The notes under the pieces were generated by a model. That model saw nothing but the letters and a program-made list of their open reading frames with translations, had not been told where the DNA came from and did not search any database. Positions 28,529 through 36,557 of a DNA stretch of 54,935 nucleotides are shown one piece after another (position 1 is the stretch's first letter; each line of letters starts with the position of its first letter). Both the position numbers and the translations under genes were made by a program. Source of the stretch: Candidatus Poseidoniaceae archaeon (lineage in GTDB: Archaea > Thermoplasmatota > Poseidoniia > Poseidoniales > Poseidoniaceae); assembly GCA_045568475.1 (NCBI GenBank), contig JBJLAY010000047.1, positions 1 to 54,935 on the forward strand, given 5' to 3'.

Positions 28529-29719
28529 TTATGGACATAGCCGGGCCCACCCCTTCAAAATCAAGAATGTCGCACCAGCTTCATGGATCTCAAATATATC
28601 ACCAATTGATGCATCTATGACGTTGTTATCGAATCTTGCAATGGCATCATCAACTATCATCTCTACCTTTACTGTTTCTTGCCTTGACAGAGCTATCCCC
28701 TCACTAAGGCAATCGAATGGATTTGAACCATCGGGATCTAAGCGCGAAAGTGGAAATTCAGTGACTCTCATCCCGCTTTTACCGTGTAGTGAACCCGGCC
28801 ACCTTATTTGCCTCCTAGTATCGATAGTCACTACTTCGTCAGTCTCTCCTGCATTACCTAACACAACGCTCGAATCTGCGCGAATTAGATTCTGGAAGAG
28901 CAAAGCATGGTTGTTCAAAGCAGCAAGCCTCCCGTCTAATACGCGGGCTCTACGACTGGGTTCTTGCATCAATTCTGCCAATTTTTCAACACTAGTCTTA
29001 CCACGAAGGCCCTTAAGACCTTCACGTTCCATCATATCTTTGAGTGCGGCAGTAGAGGTTGTCAGTAGTTTAGTATCTCCTTCATGGATGGCATCTAGTT
29101 TCTCAACTACCGATTCAATTCCTAAACCTACACGCTTGGCCCAGCCAGTAGCATTGGGTTTCCTAGAACGCTCCAACAAATCACTTACCTCAACTCCTTC
29201 GCCACGGATATGGCTTACCATTTCTCGGCGTGACTCAGAACCCAAGTGGAAATATGAAGGGTCACGGTAATGTAAATGAAATCCTCTATGGCCGGAAAAT
29301 GTAACTTGGAGGTGTTCTTCTTTGAATCCAAAATCGGGCTCCAAGAAATCATTCCAAAGCGACCAAGCTTGTTCTTGGATTACTTCTATCATTCCGGGAA
29401 AGTCTCTATCTGTTACACCAGGCAGGTGATCTCCGTCTAAGTCAAAAATCAGATCTGCACCAAGCCAGTGCTTGTCATCCATTTTTAGTTCATGTGGCTT
29501 TTTCCAATATGCAGTTGAATAAAAACAAGAGTGTTGAGGTCTTTCACAAATAAATCGACGAACACTATCCATGTCTGAAAATGCTTTGTGGCGCAGAGGC
29601 ATTCCTCCTCCAAATGGAATAAACATCCATTCTCTAGTTCTCAGACGAGGAGGTGTCCATAACTCTGCAGTACGATAGTACTGAGTGAAACGATGTGCGA
29701 ACCTTGCCCAGCCAGAAAT
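28529..29719 (-). CDS. priS: DNA primase small (catalytic) subunit; probable ATT start
   Basis: FYSTAYW, ADLIFDLDGD, FSGHRGFH, DEVVTIDTRRQIRWPGSLHGKS. The frame stays open upstream of ATG 29626 through conserved FTQYYR..LWTPPRL..REW to ATT 29719. Confidence 0.93.
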   Translation of the reverse strand: MSGWARFAHRFTQYYRTAELWTPPRLRTREWMFIPFGGGMPLRHKAFSDMDSVRRFICERPQHSCFYSTAYWKKPHELKMDDKHWLGADLIFDLDGDHLPGVTDRDFPGMIEVIQEQAWSLWNDFLEPDFGFKEEHLQVTFSGHRGFHLHYRDPSYFHLGSESRREMVSHIRGEGVEVSDLLERSRKPNATGWAKRVGLGIESVVEKLDAIHEGDTKLLTTSTAALKDMMEREGLKGLRGKTSVEKLAELMQEPSRRARVLDGRLAALNNHALLFQNLIRADSSVVLGNAGETDEVVTIDTRRQIRWPGSLHGKSGMRVTEFPLSRLDPDGSNPFDCLSEGIALSRQETVKVEMIVDDAIARFDNNVIDASIGDIFEIHEAGATFLILKGWARLCP

Positions 29720-29763
29720 AATGCCACCTCAGATGAAGGTGAGCAGTGGAGACCTTTGAATCT

Positions 29764-29967
29764 TCACTCTTTCCAAAAGCGGGTCTCGCGTTGAATTTCA
29801 ACAGTGGCTGAACCTGCACCGGTTTTTTCAACATAGTGTTCCCAACAAAAATAATGCTTGTCGTGAACCATTGCTTCGCCAAAAGTAAGTCTAGTGCCAC
29901 ATGCTTTACAGCGAGGGCCTAGTTCGCCGTTTGGCGTCTGTGCGAGAGGAATATGTTCGTGTGGCAT
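29764..29967 (-). CDS. 67-aa zinc-finger protein (LIM/treble-clef-like CxxC...CxxH)
   Basis: RCKACGTRLTFGEAMVHDKHYFCWEHY; ATG 29967. Confidence 0.75.
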   Translation of the reverse strand: MPHEHIPLAQTPNGELGPRCKACGTRLTFGEAMVHDKHYFCWEHYVEKTGAGSATVEIQRETRFWKE

Positions 29968-30016
29968 AGTACTTACCAGTTGATGCGTAGAGGATGAAGT
30001 CTTTGAATGTGGCGTA

Positions 30017-30496
30017 TTACCAAGAGATTTCATTAGCATCATCACACAATGCTAGCAAATCCAATGCTACTTCACAGGATTCTGCAACTTCTGGTAAATC
30101 ATCATTGAGAAAACTTTGGAGAATTGGTCTTGCCCGTCGGTCACCAATAGCACCTAATGCCTCTGCAGCCTCGTGTCTAACCATGACGTGTTCTGTTGGG
30201 TCACTGAGAGTCTGAATTAGTTTTGGAACAGCCAATGGGTCTTGCATTTGACCAAGAACATAAGCCAATTCGTGCTTCAATAATGCACTTTTAGAAACAA
30301 AAGCATCACATAGTGCCTGAACTGCATCAGGTGTTCTATTGTTACGTAAGCTGAATACAACGCGCATTCTGTGGAACATCTTTTCGTTCTCATCAAGCAA
30401 TATTGATCGTAGAATACTGACATTTGTTTCCTCAGATGGAGGTGCAGGATCTACTGAGCCATATTCGGATATCCCGGGAATACGGCCTTCGCTCAT
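30017..30496 (-). CDS. HEAT-repeat protein, half-length deoxyhypusine hydroxylase (DOHH)-like
   Basis: SALLKHELAYVLGQMQD, MVRHEAAEALGAIGD, EVAESCEVALD: two His-Glu motifs as in one DOHH half. Confidence 0.85.
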   Translation of the reverse strand: MSEGRIPGISEYGSVDPAPPSEETNVSILRSILLDENEKMFHRMRVVFSLRNNRTPDAVQALCDAFVSKSALLKHELAYVLGQMQDPLAVPKLIQTLSDPTEHVMVRHEAAEALGAIGDRRARPILQSFLNDDLPEVAESCEVALDLLALCDDANEISW

Positions 30497-30501
30497 TGTA
30501 A

Positions 30502-31389
30502 TCACTCCGAGGGAGCACCGATGAAATGCAGACCATCAACATCGAAATTAGGATCTATTAATCCGATTTTTTGGCCTTCTTTCAAGAACAATCTAATTGA
30601 TTCTCTACCTTCAGGCTTGTAATCTATAGTTCTGTCATTAACATACATTGTAACAAATTCTCGATTGGTTTCGTCATCAATTCCACGGCCCCATTTCTTT
30701 GCAAATTCTAATGCGACATCGGGGTTAGCGATAGAATGCTCGATACTCATTTTTGTGTAAAGTGTAACATCTTCCATCACTTCCTGCCCGAGATCTCTTC
30801 GGACTACATTTCCTCCGAGCGGCATTGGTAAACCTCCTGTCTTGTCATTCCACCAGACACCTAGATTCAATAATACATCCAAATCATGATCAACATAAGT
30901 CAATTGGCCTTCATGAATAATTAGGCCGGAAACATATGTTCCATCTAGGATACGAGGAATTATCTCATCGAATGGTACCACTTCATACACCAAGTCTCCC
31001 CAACATAGCCGTATACCCATGTATGCACTAGTTTTGAGGCCGGGTACTGCTATTGGGTTTGACTTTGCAACCTCTTCTGTCACTCCGCTTTTTGCAACAA
31101 CCATCGGCCCGTACCCTTCACCCATAGATGCACCACAATTCATCAGAGCGTAATCAGCAGCAATATCAGGGAATGCGTGAATACTAACTGCTGAAACTTC
31201 CAATTCTTTCCTCATTGCGCGGTGGTTTAGGGTCTCAATATCCTGCAACTCGTGTACAAAATTATACCCAGGTGTTTTGAATGCATTTGTAGTCATTGCA
31301 TGGAACATAAAGGCATCATCGGGGTCAGGAGAATGTCCAATTCTGACAATCATGTTTCCGTCTTCGTCTCTTGGTAATTTCATATCCAT
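30502..31389 (-). CDS. mqnD: 1,4-dihydroxy-6-naphthoate synthase
   Basis: GHSPDPDDAFMF, DIETLN, SMGEGYGP, IIHEGQLTY, PMPLGGN, MYVN. Confidence 0.93.
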   Translation of the reverse strand: MDMKLPRDEDGNMIVRIGHSPDPDDAFMFHAMTTNAFKTPGYNFVHELQDIETLNHRAMRKELEVSAVSIHAFPDIAADYALMNCGASMGEGYGPMVVAKSGVTEEVAKSNPIAVPGLKTSAYMGIRLCWGDLVYEVVPFDEIIPRILDGTYVSGLIIHEGQLTYVDHDLDVLLNLGVWWNDKTGGLPMPLGGNVVRRDLGQEVMEDVTLYTKMSIEHSIANPDVALEFAKKWGRGIDDETNREFVTMYVNDRTIDYKPEGRESIRLFLKEGQKIGLIDPNFDVDGLHFIGAPSE

Positions 31390-31398
31390 AGTAGCACC

Positions 31399-32058
31399 TC
31401 AATGGCATGCTTTGCCGTATTTCTTTAGCCTCCAATAATTGTAAGGCCATGGAGTGATAAAACCTACGAAAAGCATGATTGGAATGACCCACCAAGTCAA
31501 CATGGCTCCTCCAGTCATCAAATAATCCGTAATATTCATCGCCGATTCCATGGCAATCATGGAGATTAATGACATCCCTATTGCTACTTTGAAACCTTCG
31601 TATAACCCCAGTTGCTTGGATAAAATAACAGTTTCAAGTGCGATAGAGGTCAATAAACCGTTAATCATTGCTAAGATCATGATGCTCATCGTGCTCCACC
31701 CCGAATCTGTGAAAACGAATTGGAAGGCGGCAATAGTTCCAAAGTCTCCTATTGAACACCCGATTAGACACCACATGGTGTTGTAAGCAGATTGTTTCCA
31801 AACGCTAATATCGCTCCAATTAAAATCTAATCCCAAACCATCCACAGTATAGCCAGAACTCCTAATTGCCTGCGACAAAGTTTTCCTATCTATTCCAATT
31901 GAAGATATAGTTGCAGAGGATTCTTCAAGGGATACAGATGCTGAAGATACTCCATTGATTGAAATTAAGGCGTCATGAACTGTCTTTACACAAGCTTCGC
32001 AAGTCATGCCACCTACGTTGAGTGTAATGGTATTAGATTCCAAGACACTGCCGTCCAT
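31399..32058 (-). CDS. Heavy-metal-associated (HMA) domain fused to DUF4396 membrane domain
   Basis: GMTCEAC, then TMWCLIGCSIGD, SMIAME, GFITPWPYNYW. Confidence 0.88.
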   Translation of the reverse strand: MDGSVLESNTITLNVGGMTCEACVKTVHDALISINGVSSASVSLEESSATISSIGIDRKTLSQAIRSSGYTVDGLGLDFNWSDISVWKQSAYNTMWCLIGCSIGDFGTIAAFQFVFTDSGWSTMSIMILAMINGLLTSIALETVILSKQLGLYEGFKVAIGMSLISMIAMESAMNITDYLMTGGAMLTWWVIPIMLFVGFITPWPYNYWRLKKYGKACH

Positions 32059-32213
32059 GTATCAGCCAAAAGAATGGGGTTTTTGAATAGTGGTATCTCG
32101 TCCCGCTCGGAATAATCAGTCATTTACAGTAAATTAGCACAAATAATCACCTAATCCGCCGTCATATTTTCAAGGTTGATGGGTTGTACAAGTAACATGC
32201 AGGGGGCTATCGA

Positions 32214-34538
32214 GTGAGAATCAAACTTTTATTGATGCTCGCGATATTGGTTTTAATGCCAATTGCATCCGCAAATCCTACTGGACTAACATATATGGAT
32301 TCAACATGGTCAACATATGATGCAGACGATGGAGATTTAATTGCTCTGAATTCAAATAAGACAATTCTTGCATCATATCATGATGATTCAGTAATACTTT
32401 TCAACGCTACATCATTGGAAAAAATTACTACATTTAGTATGAAGAGAGTTGCAGCACTAGAATTCTCACCCGATGGTACATTGTTGGCTGTAAACAAAGG
32501 TTCGACAGTTCAACTTAAAGAATCAATTAAATTAATTGACATTCCATCACTTTCAGTACTAGATGTTGGAGTGCTAGCTGATGACAAAGCAACAGATATT
32601 GCTTGGAGTTCAGATGGTCAAGTTATCGCAGCTCCTGGATCAGAAGGAGATGTAGAATTATACAGAGTGGAAGATCTTTCCCTTAAGACGACCTTGGGGG
32701 GTGTACACAATGTCGATGTCATATGTATCGATTATAGCTCAGATGGAACCCATATAATCACAGGTGATGAATCAGGAAGGTATGCGATATGGAATTCTCA
32801 GGGAGTTCGACAAGGAGACTACAGGGATTTTGGACAACCATTAATCGACTGCAAATTCACTCCAGACGGATCAGATTATGTGCTTTTAGATGAAAATGGA
32901 AAAATATCCTCAAAATCAACAGATGGTTCAGATAAACTTACGATTAATGTTGATGGTGCAAATAAAATCATGTTCTCTGAATCAGGTACTAGAATGCACG
33001 TAGTCACATACTCTGAAGAATTCAAAGGACTACTAACTTACGAATATGATTCGTTTTTAGTTGCAAAAAGAACAACATTTTTCCATAGAGCAGAAGATGT
33101 AGAATTCAAAGAAGATGCAAATAGTAGGTTGCAAACATTGTATGTGGCGGGAGGAACCGGACAAATTGCAGTATATCTAAGAGATATGATTCCATTTGGA
33201 TTTAATCAACCTGGGGCTGATTTAGATGGAGATTTAGTCCCAGATAACCTTGATGATGATGATGACGGAGATGGAATAATTGATGAGTGGGACGAAGACT
33301 ATGGGTGCGATGCTCCCGAAGGTACACCTTGCTCAAGATATCCAGATTTGGACAAGATAAGAAGTATTGAAATTAGTATTGGTAGTAAGTTTATCATAAC
33401 AGACACAGTTACACTTCCACCAGAAGAATCCAGCAACATACGTAACCTAAGTAGAATGTCAATTGCTAAAGATCAGATTCTGAGTAAGCATGAAACTGAA
33501 TTATTTGCTGATGCCATGTGCGCTAATATTGATCACGGAGATGTAGTAGACCAATGGCTTGAGTCGGTTTCATTGTCAAATGGGGAACTGGGAGATGGAG
33601 TGGTAACTTGCAAAGTCAATTCTGGGATGGAACTTATTCAATCAGCAGATTCAACAACACAAATATCAATATCGATAATTACTACCTTTTCTTACAAGAA
33701 TAGGGTCACATTCCCTGTGGACATTTCCCTTTCCGAACAAACACTTCCAACAGATGGCTCCATATCCTGGTTAGCTCCTGCACATCCGATTGCAGTTGAA
33801 TTCAATGGAGATGGAGCCAAGAAACATCAAATACCTCTTTGGTGGAATAATGGTGAAGATTTAGCATCAGCAACATTAGAAGAAGAAATTTTACCCGACC
33901 CGACCTTAGCCGAAAACCTGGTTAAATGGTCACTACACCCGATCGCTTTCGTACTTTATGCAGGTATATTGGCTATTGGATTACTACTATTAATCAGGCG
34001 TGAAAACAAAATCGATATAGACTTAGATTATGATGAGTTAGCAGAAGAACGACCAGATAATGATGAGGAAGATGATGAAGATATTGAGGAATCTACAGTA
34101 ATTGCTGACAGAACTCACAAAAGAACACCTCCTAGAAAGCAACGTAATCTCGAATCTAAAAATATGGCTAATGACGCGCCTCCAAAGAGGCGTAAGACTG
34201 CAAATTCTAGTGACATAAACAAAGATGGTCCTATTATGAAAACTAAGAGAAAAAGATTAGTTTCAAATATTGAAGAAAATATTGTAGTTTCAAAGAAAAA
34301 AGTGGTTCCTTCAAGTACAAATCCAGTCAAGACTCGTAAGGTAAAACAGAAAACAGTTACAAGTGAGCCAACGGTTACTAAGCGTAAAACCGTGAAAAAG
34401 GAAGTGACCAAGGAAAAGAAAAAGACGACTAAGAAGCGTAAACCCGTTAAAAGAAAGAAGAAGCCTTCAGAAGTTAAACTGGTTGACGAAGATAAATTGC
34501 AAGAAGATCTTGCTTCAGATTTCCTAAACAGTGACTGA
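32214..34538 (+). CDS. Surface protein: signal peptide, WD40 beta-propeller, TSP3-like Ca-binding repeats, TM anchor, Lys-rich cytoplasmic tail
   Basis: FSPDG/WSSDG/YSSDG/FTPDG repeats, DLDGDLVPDNLDDDDDGDGIIDEWD, a TM segment and a highly basic C-terminus. Confidence 0.85.
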   Translation: MRIKLLLMLAILVLMPIASANPTGLTYMDSTWSTYDADDGDLIALNSNKTILASYHDDSVILFNATSLEKITTFSMKRVAALEFSPDGTLLAVNKGSTVQLKESIKLIDIPSLSVLDVGVLADDKATDIAWSSDGQVIAAPGSEGDVELYRVEDLSLKTTLGGVHNVDVICIDYSSDGTHIITGDESGRYAIWNSQGVRQGDYRDFGQPLIDCKFTPDGSDYVLLDENGKISSKSTDGSDKLTINVDGANKIMFSESGTRMHVVTYSEEFKGLLTYEYDSFLVAKRTTFFHRAEDVEFKEDANSRLQTLYVAGGTGQIAVYLRDMIPFGFNQPGADLDGDLVPDNLDDDDDGDGIIDEWDEDYGCDAPEGTPCSRYPDLDKIRSIEISIGSKFIITDTVTLPPEESSNIRNLSRMSIAKDQILSKHETELFADAMCANIDHGDVVDQWLESVSLSNGELGDGVVTCKVNSGMELIQSADSTTQISISIITTFSYKNRVTFPVDISLSEQTLPTDGSISWLAPAHPIAVEFNGDGAKKHQIPLWWNNGEDLASATLEEEILPDPTLAENLVKWSLHPIAFVLYAGILAIGLLLLIRRENKIDIDLDYDELAEERPDNDEEDDEDIEESTVIADRTHKRTPPRKQRNLESKNMANDAPPKRRKTANSSDINKDGPIMKTKRKRLVSNIEENIVVSKKKVVPSSTNPVKTRKVKQKTVTSEPTVTKRKTVKKEVTKEKKKTTKKRKPVKRKKKPSEVKLVDEDKLQEDLASDFLNSD

Positions 34539-35327
34539 CTACCAAGCCATAGTTGGTTCTTCATCCATCCCACATGCAGTTTTCAAGAATGTCCTCAATC
34601 CTTCCATGTCTTTCGAATCCATACGGTTGATGACTTCGCCAAAATATCTCTCAAGTCTTTCCGGGCTTTGAGCAGACTTTGTTTCACTGACGGCGATTAC
34701 TTGTTTACGAACCTCTGAATCTCCCTCAAAAGCCTCTAGTCGTGTAAGAAGAGCATCATATGCCGATCTAATCAAATCGACATTGGAATCTCTACGTGCA
34801 GCAAATACACCGAATACCATAGGGTTACCCGTTACTTGGAGCCATTCTGCTCCCAAATCCATTATTACTAGTTCTGGATGTGCCCTTGCCCCTTCAAGAG
34901 CACGATCACCGATTAACAAACATCCATCACAGGAATCTAACATTCCGTCTAAATCAGGCCCCATCTCTAAGTAATCAGGTCTGAGGCCTCTCTTGGAAAT
35001 AAGGTGGCGAAGTAGTGCCACGGAAGATGATGAATCGGAAGGTAATGCAATCGTATTCATCGATTCAATAGGAACAGACCCGAAAAGAAGCACACTGCCG
35101 ACTTCTCCACGACTTGAAATTGCTAAATCAGGCACTAGTACAAGTTCACTGGAATTCTTGGCGTAAGCTGCTGCTGGTATGGGGGCCAAAATACAATCCT
35201 TACGAAGAAGATGCCCTGTTAGCCACGAAGGTGGAGCGGGTAAAACATCCCATGAATCATCAAGACCGTGGAATAAAGGCTCACAGTTGATGAACGAAAC
35301 ACGTCCAATCGTTCGCTCCCACGACAT
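34539..35327 (-). CDS. mqnA: Chorismate dehydratase
   Basis: GRVSFINCEPL, GEVGSV, SSSSVAL, LLIGDRAL, DLGAEW, PMVFGVF. Confidence 0.92.
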   Translation of the reverse strand: MSWERTIGRVSFINCEPLFHGLDDSWDVLPAPPSWLTGHLLRKDCILAPIPAAAYAKNSSELVLVPDLAISSRGEVGSVLLFGSVPIESMNTIALPSDSSSSVALLRHLISKRGLRPDYLEMGPDLDGMLDSCDGCLLIGDRALEGARAHPELVIMDLGAEWLQVTGNPMVFGVFAARRDSNVDLIRSAYDALLTRLEAFEGDSEVRKQVIAVSETKSAQSPERLERYFGEVINRMDSKDMEGLRTFLKTACGMDEEPTMAW

Positions 35328-36517
35328 TATTCACCAGCCGCCATGCGTAAGTGTCGGCGTGCAGGTGCTTTTGGTAGTATGTATTCTTCAAAGCGAGTGT
35401 ATGTCGTATTTCTTTGAACAGGTTTCGAACCCGAATTAATAACGATCTTAGCTAACTTTTCCTTATCATGGTCAAGTGGTGCTTTAGAACCGGCCAAGTG
35501 CATAATGGATTCTTTCTGAACTGTGCCATCAATATCGTCTGCACCGAATTGAAGTGCCAGTTCTGCGATTTCATCGCCGATATTCATTCTGTAGGCTTTG
35601 ATGTGAGGTATATTGTCGAGCATTAGCCTTGATATGGCAATCATGCGTAAAATCTCAGTTCCACTAGCAAGTTGTGCCTGTGGAAGGCGTGAATCATCCG
35701 GCAAGAATGGATATGGGACGAAACATTGGAATCCTCCTGTCGTATTCTGTAGTTCTCGTAATCTCAACAAATGCGTGATGCGTTGATCTATTGTTTCAAC
35801 TGTTCCAAATAACATAGTACAGTTTGTTGGTATTCCTAATTCATGTGCAGTTTGGTGAATTTCTAAATATTCTGATGATGATTCTTTACCCCTACATATT
35901 ATTGCTCGAACATCATCATCCAATATTTCTGCGCCGCCTCCAGGTAAGGAACCCAATCCAGCGGATTGAAGTCTTTCCAGGGTAGAACGAATAGAGATGC
36001 CAGATAGTTTGGAGATATGCTTTATCTCCACCGCGGTTAGTGCTTTGATATGAATTTCAGGGAACTCTTGCTTTACACGAGCAAACAGGGCTTCGTAGTG
36101 CAATATATCCCAATCAGGATGCAAACCACCTACAGAATGAACTTCATCAACATGGGAAGCATAATTTCGCAAATCAGTAACATATTCTTCGATATCCATT
36201 GAATAAGCATCAACAGCCCTTCTTCCTCTTCTGAATGCACAGAATTTGCAAGCTAGTGTGCAAATGTTGGTCTGGTTAATATGTACATTTACATTAAAGA
36301 AAGCACTGTTATCAAATCTAGCAAATTTGACTAAATTTGCAATCCTCCCTATAGTATCAAGATCTTTACTATTGAACAAAAAGTGACCATCTTCTCTTGA
36401 TAATTCCTCGCCAATAGATAATTTATTGATGATTGAATTAAATTCATCAGGCCATTCATTTGACAATAGTGAGCGGGAAAGTTGCTCTTGCCAGTCCAAT
36501 GATTCACCCGCTGGCAT
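35327..36517 (-). CDS. mqnE: Aminofutalosine synthase (CofH/MqnE radical SAM)
   Basis: TNICTLACKFCAF, HIKALTAVEI, PGGGAEI, HIKAY, GADDIDGTV..ESIMHLAG (MqnE rather than MqnC signature); adjacent to mqnA. Confidence 0.85.
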   Translation of the reverse strand: MPAGESLDWQEQLSRSLLSNEWPDEFNSIINKLSIGEELSREDGHFLFNSKDLDTIGRIANLVKFARFDNSAFFNVNVHINQTNICTLACKFCAFRRGRRAVDAYSMDIEEYVTDLRNYASHVDEVHSVGGLHPDWDILHYEALFARVKQEFPEIHIKALTAVEIKHISKLSGISIRSTLERLQSAGLGSLPGGGAEILDDDVRAIICRGKESSSEYLEIHQTAHELGIPTNCTMLFGTVETIDQRITHLLRLRELQNTTGGFQCFVPYPFLPDDSRLPQAQLASGTEILRMIAISRLMLDNIPHIKAYRMNIGDEIAELALQFGADDIDGTVQKESIMHLAGSKAPLDHDKEKLAKIVINSGSKPVQRNTTYTRFEEYILPKAPARRHLRMAAGE

Positions 36518-36557
36518 GTATCTGTCGCAGTGACGGTTATTATTGAATACAACCCTT

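Noticed and set aside
29634-29900. 88-aa ORF as a frameshifted PriS N-terminus
   Set aside because: The PriS-like residues are in the priS frame itself; this ORF overlaps two real genes out of frame.
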